Source: Auanema rhodensis (Eukaryota; Animalia; Nematoda). Taken from it: 64,000 nt of DNA. Below the pieces are notes generated by a model. The model saw only the letters and a program-made list of their open reading frames with translations. It made no database searches and was not told where the DNA came from. The stretch is taken from positions 8,556,001-8,620,000 of the forward strand of contig OZ059900.1 in assembly GCA_964057225.1 (NCBI GenBank). The letters run 5' to 3'. The translations under genes and the position numbers were made by a program. Below are positions 1-11,832 of the stretch, in pieces. The stretch's first letter is position 1. Each line of letters begins with the position of its first letter.

Positions 1-348
1 CGTTGAATATATGGCGTTTTGAGCATAAAAAGGCCCATATTTCAATCAGTTTCGATATTCGTGCAAAATACACCTATATCAACATTCTATGACAGTATTC
101 CATACATTTAGTCGTTTTAGAAGAAAAAAATATGCTTAAGATCAAAAGTTTGACTGATTTTGCCAAAATGCCCTTCAAACCCCAAAAAACCAATAATTCT
201 TGATATTTTCGGTCCTTTTTAACCAAAGTGGTTAAAATTGGACATATATATGTAGAAATAGTCGAAGTTTATGAATCCTGAATTTCAAATCCATATCTCA
301 AAGGGTCTGATCAAAACATACAGTTTTCACATGTTTTGTACCCAAAAT
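1..348. repeat. Representative satellite monomer (M1; phase arbitrary)
   Basis: 109 of 348 bases are G/C. Common polymorphic sites are pos 53 (T/C/G), 60 (C/T), 71 (C/G), 77, 80 (G/C), 89 (A/T), 100 (T/C), 161, 171, 179 (T/A), 241 (G/A), 246, 254, 255 and 264. Sites present in the monomer include HaeIII GGCC (32-35), AflII CTTAAG (135-140), BclI TGATCA (308-313), PciI ACATGT (329-334) and RsaI GTAC (338-341). Confidence 0.97.
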
Positions 349-3300
349 CGTTGAATATATGGCGTTTTGAGCATAAAAAGGCCCATATTTCAATCAGTTT
401 TGATATTCGTGCAAAATACACCTATATGAACATTCTTTGACAGTATTTCATACATTTAGTCGTTTTAGAAGAAAAAAATATGCTTAAGATCAAAAGTTTG
501 ACTGATTTTGCCAAAATGCCCTTCAATAACCAAAAAACCAATAATTCTTGATATTTTCAGTCCTTTTTGACCAAAGTGGTTAAAATTGGACATAAATATG
601 TAAAAATAGTCAAAGTTTATGAATCCTGAATTTCAAATCCATATCTCAAAGGGTCTGATCAAAACATACAGTTTTCACATGTTTTGTACCCAAAATCGTT
701 GAATATATGGCGTTTTGAGCATAAAAAGGCCCATATTTCAATCAGTTTTGATATTCGTGCAAAATACACCTATATGAACATTCTTTGACAGTATTTCATA
801 CATTTAGTCGTTTTAGAAGAAAAAAATATGCTTAAGATCAAAAGTTTGACTGATTTTGCCAAAATGCCCTTCAATCCCCAAAAAACCAATAATTCTTGAT
901 ATTTTCGGTCCTTTTTGACCAAAGTGGTTAAAATTGGACATAAATATGTAAAAATAGTCAAAGTTTATGAATCCTGAATTTCAAATCCATATCTCAAAGG
1001 GTCTGATCAAAACATACAGTTTTCACATGTTTTGTACCCAAAATCGTTGAATATATGGCGTTTTGAGCATAAAAAGGCCCATATTTCAATCAGTTTCGAT
1101 ATTCGTGCAAAATACACCTATATCAACATTCTATGACAGTATTCCATACATTTAGTCGTTTTAGAAGAAAAAAATATGCTTAAGATCAAAAGTTTGACTG
1201 ATTTTGCCAAAATGCCCTTCAATCCCCAAAAAACCAATAATTCTTGATATTTTCGGTCCTTTTTGACCAAAGTGGTTAAAATTGAACATATATATGTAAA
1301 AATAGTCAAAGTTTATGAATCCTGAATTTCAAATCCATATCTCAAAGGGTCTGATCAAAACATACAGTTTTCACATGTTTTGTACCCAAAATCGTTGAAT
1401 ATATGGCGTTTTGAGCATAAAAAGGCCCATATTTCAATCAGTTTTGATATTTGTGCAAAATAGACCTATATGAACATTTTATGACAGTATTTCATACATT
1501 TAGTCGTTTTAGAAGAAAAAAATATGCCTAAGATCAAAAGTTTGACTGATTTAGCCAAAATGTCCTTCAAACCCCAAAAAACCAATAATTCTTGATATTT
1601 TCGGTCCTTTTTGACCAAAGTGGTTAAAATTGAACATATATATGTAAAAATAGTCAAAGTTTATGAATCCTGAATTTCAAATCCATATCTCAAAGGGTCT
1701 GATCAAAACATACAGTTTTCACATGTTTTGTACCCAAAATCGTTGAATATATGGCGTTTTGAGCATAAAAAGGCCCATATTTCAATCAGTTTTGATATTT
1801 GTGCAAAATACACCTATATGAACATTCTATGACAGTATTTCATACATTTAGTCGTTTTAGAAGAAAAAAATATGCTTAAGATCAGAAGTTTGACTGATTT
1901 TGCCAAAATGCCCTTCAATCCCCAAAAAACCAATAATTCTTGATATTTTCGGTCCTTTTTGACCAAAGTGGTTAAAATTGGACATAAATATGTAAAAATA
2001 GTCAAAGTTTATGAATCCTGAATTTCAAATCCATATCTCAAAGGGTCTGATCAAAACATACAGTTTTCACATGTTTTGTACCCAAAATCGTTGAATATAT
2101 GGCGTTTTGAGCATAAAAAGGCCCATATTTCAATCAGTTTTGATATTCGTGCAAAATACACCTATATGAACATTCTTTGACAGTATTTCATACATTTAGT
2201 CGTTTTAGAAGAAAAAAATATGCTTAAGATCAAAAGTTTGACTGATTTTGCCAAAATGCCCTTCAATCCCCAAAAAACCAATAATTCTTGATATTTTCGG
2301 TCCTTTTTGACCAAAGTGGTTAAAATTGGACATAAATATGTAAAAATAGTCAAAGTTTATGAATCCTGAATTTCAAATCCATATCTCAAAGGGTCTGATC
2401 AAAACATACAGTTTTCACATGTTTTGTACCCAAAATCGTTGAATATATGGCGTTTTGAGCATAAAAAGGCCCATATTTCAATCAGTTTCGATATTCGTGC
2501 AAAATACACCTATATCAACATTCTATGACAGTATTCCATACATTTAGTCGTTTTAGAAGAAAAAAATATGCTTAAGATCAAAAGTTTGACTGATTTTGCC
2601 AAAATGCCCTTCAATCCCCAAAAAACCAATAATTCTTGATATTTTCGGTCCTTTTTAACCAAAGTGGTTAAAATTGAACATATATATGTAAAAATAGTCA
2701 AAGTTTATGAATCCTGAATTTCAAATCCATATCTCAAAGGGTCTGATCAAAACATACAGTTTTCACATGTTTTGTACCCAAAATCGTTGAATATATGGCG
2801 TTTTGAGCATAAAAAGGCCCATATTTCAATCAGTTTCGATATTCGTGCAAAATACACCTATATCAACATTCTATGACAGTATTCCATACATTTAGTCGTT
2901 TTAGAAGAAAAAAATATGCTTAAGATCAAAAGTTTGACTGATTTTGCCAAAATGCCCTTCAAACCCCAAAAAACCAATAATTCTTGATATTTTCGGTCCT
3001 TTTTAACCAAAGTGGTTAAAATTGGACATATATATGTAGAAATAGTCGAAGTTTATGAATCCTGAATTTCAAATCCATATCTCAAAGGGTCTGATCAAAA
3101 CATACAGTTTTCACATGTTTTGTACCCAAAATCGTTGAATATATGGCGTTTTGAGCATAAAAAGGCCCATATTTCAATCAGTTTTGATATTCGTGCAAAA
3201 TACACCTATATGAACATTCTTTGACAGTATTTCATACATTTAGTCGTTTTAGAAGAAAAAAATATGCTTAAGATCAAAAGTTTGACTGATTTTGCCAAAA

Positions 3301-4176
3301 TGCCCTTCAATAACCAAAAAACCAATAATTCTTGATATTTTCAGTCCTTTTTGACCAAAGTGGTTAAAATTGGACATAAATATGTAAAAATAGTCAAAGT
3401 TTATGAATCCTGAATTTCAAATCCATATCTCAAAGGGTCTGATCAAAACATACAGTTTTCACATGTTTTGTACCCAAAATCGTTGAATATATGGCGTTTT
3501 GAGCATAAAAAGGCCCATATTTCAATCAGTTTCGATATTCTTGCAAAATACACCTATATCAACATTCTATGACAGTATTCCATACATTTAGTCGTTTTAG
3601 AAGAAAAAAATATGCTTAAGATCAAAAGTTTGACTGATTTTGCCAAAATGCCCTTCAATCCCCAAAAAACCAATAATTCTTGATATTTTCGGTCCTTCTT
3701 GACCAAAGTGGTTAAAATTGGACATAAATATGTAAAAATAGTCAAAGTTTATGAATCCTGAATTTCAAATCCATATCTCAAAGGGTCTGATCAAAACATA
3801 CAGTTTTCACATGTTTTGTACCCAAAATCGTTGAATATATGGCGTTTTGAGCATAAAAAGGCCCATATTTCAATCAGTTTCGATATTCGTGCAAAATACA
3901 CCTATATCAACATTCTATGACAGTATTCCATACATTTAGTCGTTTTAGAAGAAAAAAATATGCTTAAGATCAAAAGTTTGACTGATTTTGCCAAAATGCC
4001 CTTCAATCCCCAAAAAACCAATAATTCTTGATATTTTCGGTCCTTTTTAACCAAAGTGGTTAAAATTGAACATATATATGTAAAAATAGTCAAAGTTTAT
4101 GAATCCTGAATTTCAAATCCATATCTCAAAGGGTCTGATCAAAACATACAGTTTTCACATGTTTTGTACCCAAAAT

Positions 4177-7100
4177 CGTTGAATATATGGCGTTTTGAGC
4201 ATAAAAAGGCCCATATTTCAATCAGTTTCGATATTCGTGCAAAATACACCTATATCAACATTCTATGACAGTATTTCATACATTTAGTCGTTTTAGAAGA
4301 AAAAAATATGCTTAAGATCAAAAGTTTGACTGATTTTGCCAAAATGCCCTTCAATCCCCAAAAAACCAATAATTCTTGATATTTTCGGTCCTTTTTGACC
4401 AAAGTGGTTAAAATTGAACTTATATATGTAAAAATAGTCAACGTTTATGAATCCTGAATTTCAAATCCATATCTCAAAGGGTCTGATCAAAACATACAGT
4501 TTTCACATGTTTTGTACCCAAAATCGTTGAATATATGGCGTTTTGAGCATAAAAAGGCCCATATTTCAATCAGTTTTGATATTCGTGCAAAATACACCTA
4601 TATGAACATTCTATGACAGTATTTCATACATTTAGTCGTTTTAGAAGAAAAAAATATGCTTAAGATCAAAAGTTTGACTGATTTTGCCAAAATGTCCTTC
4701 AAACCCCAAAAAACCAATAATTCTTGATATTTTCGGTCCTTTTTGACCAAAGTGGTTAAAATTGAACATATATATGTGAAAATAGTCAAAGTTTATGAAT
4801 CCTGAATTTCAAATCCATATCGCAAAGGGTCTGATCAAAACATAAAGTTTTCACATGTTTTGTACCCAAAATCGTTGAATATATGGCGTTTTGAGCATAA
4901 AAAGGCCCATATTTCAATCAGTTTTGATATTCGTGCAAAATACACCTACATCAACATTCTATGACAGTATTCCATACAATTAGTCGTTTTAGAAGAAAAA
5001 AACATGCTTAAGATCAAAAGTTTGACTGATTTAGCCAAAATGCCCTTCAAACCCCAAAAAACCAATAATTCTTGATATTTTCGGTCCTTTTTGACCAAAG
5101 TGGTTAAAATTGGACATATATATGTAGAAATAGTCGAAGTTTATGAATCCTGAATTTCAAATCCGTATCTCAAAGGGTCTGATCAAAACATACAGTTTTC
5201 ACATGTTTTGTACCCAAAATCGTTGAATATATGGCGTTTTGAGCATAAAAAGGCCCATATTTCAATCAGTTTTGATATTCGTGCAAAATACACCTATATG
5301 AACATTCTATGACAGTATTTCATACATTTAGTCGTTTTAGAAGAAAAAAATATGCTTAAGATCAAAAGTTTGACTGATTTTGCCAAAATGTCCTTCAAAC
5401 CCCAAAAAACCAATAATTCTTGATATTTTCGGTCCTTTTTGACCAAAGTGGTTAAAATTGGACATATATATGTAAAAATAGTCAAAGTTTATGAATCCTG
5501 AATTTCAAATCCATATCTCAAAGGGTCTGATCAAAACATACAGTTTTCACATGTTTTGTACCCAAAATCGTTGAATATATGGCGTTTTGAGCATAAAAAG
5601 GCCCATATTTCAATCAGTTTTGATATTCGTGCAAAATACACCTACATCAACATTCTATGACAGTATTCCATACATTTAGTCGTTTTAGAAGAAAAAAACA
5701 TGCTTAAGATCAAAAGTTTGACTGATTTAGCCAAAATGCCCTTCAAACCCCAAAAAACCAATAATTCTTGATATTTTCGGTCCTTTTTGACCAAAGTGGT
5801 TAAAATTGGACATATATATGTAAAAATAGTCAAAGTTTATGAATCCTGAATTTCAAATCCATATCTCAAAGGGTCTGATCAAAACATACAGTTTTCACAT
5901 GTTTTGTACCCAAAATCGTTGAATATATGGCGTTTTGAGCATAAAAAGGCCCATATTTCAATCAGTTTTGATATTCGTGCAAAATACACCTACATCAACA
6001 TTCTATGACAGTATTCCATACATTTAGTCGTTTTAGAAGAAAAAAATATGCTTAAGATCAGAAGTTTGACTGATTTTGCCAAAATGCCCTTCAATCCCCA
6101 AAAAACCAATAATTCTTGATATTTTCGGTCCTTTTTGACCAAAGTGGTTAAAATTGAACTTATATATGTAAAAATAGTCAACGTTTATGAATCCTGAATT
6201 TCAAATCCATATCTCAAAGGGTCTGATCAAAACATACAGTTTTCACATGTTTTGTACCCAAAATCGTTGAATATATGGCGTTTTGAGCATAAAAAGGCCC
6301 ATATTTCAATCAGTTTTGATATTCGTGCAAAATACACCTATATGAACATTCTATGACAGTATTTCATACATTTAGTCGTTTTAGAAGAAAAAAATATGCT
6401 TAAGATCAAAAGTTTGACTGATTTTGCCAAAATGCCCTTCAATCCCCAAAAAACCAATAATTCTTGATATTTTCGGTCCTTTTTGACCAAAGTGGTTAAA
6501 ATTGAACTTATATATGTAAAAATAGTCAACGTTTATGAATCCTGAATTTCAAATCCATATCTCAAAGGGTCTGATCAAAACATACAGTTTTCACATGTTT
6601 TGTACCCAAAATCGTTGAATATATGGCGTTTTGAGCATAAAAAGGCCCATATTTCAATCAGTTTTGATATTCGTGCAAAATACACCTATATGAACATTCT
6701 ATGACAGTATTTCATACATTTAGTCGTTTTAGAAGAAAAAAATATGCTTAAGATCAAAAGTTTGACTGATTTTGCCAAAATGTCCTTCAAACCCCAAAAA
6801 ACCAATAATTCTTGATATTTTCGGTCCTTTTTGACCAAAGTGGTTAAAGTTGAACATATATATGTGAAAATAGTCAAAGTTTATGAATCCTGAATTTCAA
6901 ATCCATATCGCAAAGGGTCTGATCAAAACATAAAGTTTTCACATGTTTTGTACCCAAAATCGTTGAATATATGGCGTTTTGAGCATAAAAAGGCCCATAT
7001 TTCAATCAGTTTTGATATTCGTGCAAAATACACCTACATCAACATTCTATGACAGTATTCCATACAATTAGTCGTTTTAGAAGAAAAAAACATGCTTAAG

Positions 7101-8352
7101 ATCAAAAGTTTGACTGATTTAGCCAAAATGCCCTTCAAACCCCAAAAAACCAATAATTCTTGATATTTTCGGTCCTTTTTGACCAAAGTGGTTAAAATTG
7201 GACATATATATGTAGAAATAGTCGAAGTTTATGAATCCTGAATTTCAAATCCGTATCTCAAAGGGTCTGATCAAAACATACAGTTTTCACATGTTTTGTA
7301 CCCAAAATCGTTGAATATATGGCGTTTTGAGCATAAAAAGGCCCATATTTCAATCAGTTTTGATATTCGTGCAAAATACACCTATATGAACATTCTATGA
7401 CAGTATTTCATACATTTAGTCGTTTTAGAAGAAAAAAATATGCTTAAGATCAAAAGTTTGACTGATTTTGCCAAAATGTCCTTCAAACCCCAAAAAACCA
7501 ATAATTCTTGATATTTTCGGTCCTTTTTGACCAAAGTGGTTAAAATTGGACATATATATGTAAAAATAGTCAAAGTTTATGAATCCTGAATTTCAAATCC
7601 ATATCTCAAAGGGTCTGATCAAAACATACAGTTTTCACATGTTTTGTACCCAAAATCGTTGAATATATGGCGTTTTGAGCATAAAAAGGCCCATATTTCA
7701 ATCAGTTTTGATATTCGTGCAAAATACACCTACATCAACATTCTATGACAGTATTCCATACATTTAGTCGTTTTAGAAGAAAAAAACATGCTTAAGATCA
7801 AAAGTTTGACTGATTTAGCCAAAATGCCCTTCAAACCCCAAAAAACCAATAATTCTTGATATTTTCGGTCCTTTTTGACCAAAGTGGTTAAAATTGGACA
7901 TATATATGTAAAAATAGTCAAAGTTTATGAATCCTGAATTTCAAATCCATATCTCAAAGGGTCTGATCAAAACATACAGTTTTCACATGTTTTGTACCCA
8001 AAATCGTTGAATATATGGCGTTTTGAGCATAAAAAGGCCCATATTTCAATCAGTTTTGATATTCGTGCAAAATACACCTACATCAACATTCTATGACAGT
8101 ATTCCATACATTTAGTCGTTTTAGAAGAAAAAAATATGCTTAAGATCAGAAGTTTGACTGATTTTGCCAAAATGTCCTTCAAACCCCAAAAAACCAATAA
8201 TTCTTGATATTTTCGGTCCTTTTTGACCAAAGTGGTTAAAATTGGACATATATATGTAAAAATAGTCAAAGTTTATGAATCCTGAATTTCAAATCCATAT
8301 CTCAAAGGGTCTGATCAAAACATACAGTTTTCACATGTTTTGTACCCAAAAT
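4177..8352. repeat. Local higher-order repeat: 6-monomer unit (2088 bp) x2, about M13-18 / M19-24
   Basis: Private variants recur 2088 bp apart: ATCGCAAAG (4822/6910), CATAAAG, and TACAAT (4979/7067). Ends are approximate. Confidence 0.85.
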
Positions 8353-9048
8353 CGTTGAATATATGGCGTTTTGAGCATAAAAAGGCCCATATTTCAATCA
8401 GTTTTGATATTCGTGCAAAATACACCTACATCAACATTCTATGACAGTATTCCATACATTTAGTCGTTTTAGAAGAAAAAAATATGCTTAAGATCAGAAG
8501 TTTGACTGATTTTGCCAAAATGTCCTTCAAACCCCAAAAAACCAATAATTCTTGATATTTTCGTTCCTTTTTGACCAAAGTGGTTAAAATTGGACATATA
8601 TATGTAAAAATAGTCAAAGTTTATGAATCCTGAATTTCAAATCCATATCTCAAAGGGTCTGATCAAAACATACAGTTTTCACATGTTTTGTACCCAAAAT
8701 CGTTGAATATATGGCGTTTTGAGCATAAAAAGGCCCATATTTCAATCAGTTTTGATATTCGTGCAAAATACACCTACATCAACATTCTATGACAGTATTC
8801 CATACATTTAGTCGTTTTAGAAGAAAAAAACATGCTTAAGATCAAAAGTTTGACTGATTTAGCCAAAATGCCCTTCAAACCCCAAAAAACCAATAATTCT
8901 TGATATTTTCGGTCCTTTTTGACCAAAGTGGTTAAAATTGGACATATATATGTAAAAATAGTCAAAGTTTATGAATCCTGAATTTCAAATCCATATCTCA
9001 AAGGGTCTGATCAAAACATACAGTTTTCACATGTTTTGTACCCAAAAT

Positions 9049-11832
9049 CGTTGAATATATGGCGTTTTGAGCATAAAAAGGCCCATATTTCAATCAGTTT
9101 TGATATTCGTGCAAAATACACCTACATCAACATTCTATGACAGTATTCCATACATTTAGTCGTTTTAGAAGAAAAAAATATGCTTAAGATCAAAAGTTTG
9201 ACTGATTTTGCCAAAATGTCCTTCAAACCCCAAAAAACCAATAATTCTTGATATTTTCGGTCCTTTTTGACCAAAGTGGTTAAAATTGGACATATATATG
9301 TAAAAATAGTCAAAGTTTATGAATCCTGAATTTCAAATCCATATCTCAAAGGGTCTGATCAAAACATACAGTTTTCACATGTTTTGTACCCAAAATCGTT
9401 GAATATATGGCGTTTTGAGCATAAAAAGGCCCATATTTCAATCAGTTTTGATATTCGTGCAAAATACACCTACATCAACATTCTATGACAGTATTCCATA
9501 CATTTAGTCGTTTTAGAAGAAAAAAATATGCTTAAGATCAGAAGTTTGACTGATTTTGCCAAAATGTCCTTCAAACCCCAAAAAACCAATAATTCTTGAT
9601 ATTTTCGGTCCTTTTTGACCAAAGTGGTTAAAATTGGACATATATATGTAAAAATAGTCAAAGTTTATGAATCCTGAATTTCAAATCCATATCTCAAAGG
9701 GTCTGATCAAAACATACAGTTTTCACATGTTTTGTACCCAAAATCGTTGAATATATGGCGTTTTGAGCATAAAAAGGCCCATATTTCAATCAGTTTTGAT
9801 ATTCGTGCAAAATACACCTACATCAACATTCTATGACAGTATTCCATACATTTAGTCGTTTTAGAAGAAAAAAACATGCTTAAGATCAAAAGTTTGACTG
9901 ATTTAGCCAAAATGCCCTTCAAACCCCAAAAAACCAATAATTCTTGATATTTTCGGTCCTTTTTGACCAAAGTGGTTACAATTGGACATATATATGTAGA
10001 AATAGTCGAAGTTTATGAATACTGAATTTCAAATCCGTATCTCAAAGGGTCTGATCAAAACATACAGTTTTCACATGTTTTGTACCCAAAATCGTTGAAT
10101 ATATGGCGTTTTGAGCATAAAAAGGCCCATATTTCAATCAGTTTTGATATTCGTGCAAAATACAGCTATATCAACATTCTATGACAGTATTTCATACATT
10201 TAGTCGTTTGAGAAGAAAAAAATATGCTTAAGATCAAAAGTTTGACTGATTTAGCCAAAATGCCCTTCAAACCCCAAAAAACCAATAATTCTTGATATTT
10301 TCGGTCCTTTTTGACCAAAGTGGTTAAAATTGGACATATATATGTAAAAATAGTCAAAGTTTATGAATCCTGAATTTCAAATCCATATCTCAAAGGGTCT
10401 GATCAAAACATACAGTTTTCACATGTTTTGTACCCAAAATCGTTGAATATATGGCGTTTTGAGCATAAAAAGGCCCATATTTCAATCAGTTTTGATATTC
10501 GTGCAAAATACACCTACATCAACATTCTATGACAGTATTCCATACATTTAGTCGTTTTAGAAGAAAAAAATATGCTTAAGATCAAAAGTTTGACTGATTT
10601 TGCCAAAATGTCCTTCAAACCCCAAAAAACCAATAATTCTTGATATTTTCGGTCCTTTTTGACCAAAGTGGTTAAAATTGGACATATATATGTAAAAATA
10701 GTCAAAGTTTATGAATCCTGAATTTCAAATCCATATCTCAAAGGGTCTGATCAAAACATACAGTTTTCACATGTTTTGTACCCAAAATCGTTGAATATAT
10801 GGCGTTTTGAGCATAAAAAGGCCCATATTTCAATCAGTTTTGATATTCGTGCAAAATACACCTACATCAACATTCTATGACAGTATTCCATACATTTAGT
10901 CGTTTTAGAAGAAAAAAATATGCTTAAGATCAGAAGTTTGACTGATTTTGCCAAAATGTCCTTCAAACCCCAAAAAACCAATAATTCTTGATATTTTCGG
11001 TCCTTTTTGACCAAAGTGGTTAAAATTGGACATATATATGTAAAAATAGTCAAAGTTTATGAATCCTGAATTTCAAATCCATATCTCAAAGGGTCTGATC
11101 AAAACATACAGTTTTCACATGTTTTGTACCCAAAATCGTTGAATATATGGCGTTTTGAGCATAAAAAGGCCCATATTTCAATCAGTTTTGATATTCGTGC
11201 AAAATACACCTACATCAACATTCTATGACAGTATTCCATACATTTAGTCGTTTTAGAAGAAAAAAACATGCTTAAGATCAAAAGTTTGACTGATTTAGCC
11301 AAAATGCCCTTCAAACCCCAAAAAACCAATAATTCTTGATATTTTCGGTCCTTTTTGACCAAAGTGGTTACAATTGGACATATATATGTAGAAATAGTCG
11401 AAGTTTATGAATACTGAATTTCAAATCCGTATCTCAAAGGGTCTGATCAAAACATACAGTTTTCACATGTTTTGTACCCAAAATCGTTGAATATATGGCG
11501 TTTTGAGCATAAAAAGGCCCATATTTCAATCAGTTTTGATATTCGTGCAAAATACAGCTATATCAACATTCTATGACAGTATTTCATACATTTAGTCGTT
11601 TGAGAAGAAAAAAATATGCTTAAGATCAAAAGTTTGACTGATTTTGCCAAAATGTCCTTCAAACCCCAAAAAACCAATAATTCTTGATATTTTCGGTCCT
11701 TTTTGACCAAAGTGGTTAAAATTGAACATATATATGTGAAAATAGTCAAAGTTTATGAATCCTGAATTTCAAATCCATATCTCAAAGGGTCTGATCAAAA
11801 CATACAGTTTTCACATGTTTTGTACCCAAAAT
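9049..11832. repeat. Local higher-order repeat: 4-monomer unit (1392 bp) x2, M27-30 / M31-34
   Basis: GGTTACAATT (9979/11371), GAATACTG and GTTTGAGAAG (10210/11602) recur 1392 bp apart. Confidence 0.85.

Noticed and set aside
3-45. Hairpins as rho-independent terminators, or AT-rich motifs as promoters
   Set aside because: The stems are AT-rich and imperfect with no associated gene, and such motifs are expected by chance at this composition.
50-66. CENP-B box-like motif TTTCGATATTCGTGC
   Set aside because: It does not fit TTCG-N4-A-N2-CGGG in spacing or sequence, and the first CG is absent from most monomers.
171-191. Telomere-like or G-quadruplex motif (CCCTTCAAACCCCAAAAAACC)
   Set aside because: It is a single degenerate occurrence per monomer, is not tandem, and has too few G-runs of three or more on the minus strand for a canonical G4.
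1-348. 5S rDNA, tRNA, snRNA or spliced-leader tandem gene unit
   Set aside because: The unit size is compatible, but I recognise no 5S sequence, Pol III A/B/C boxes, cloverleaf or snRNA motif, and the monomer is uniformly AT-rich. An Rfam cmscan would settle it.
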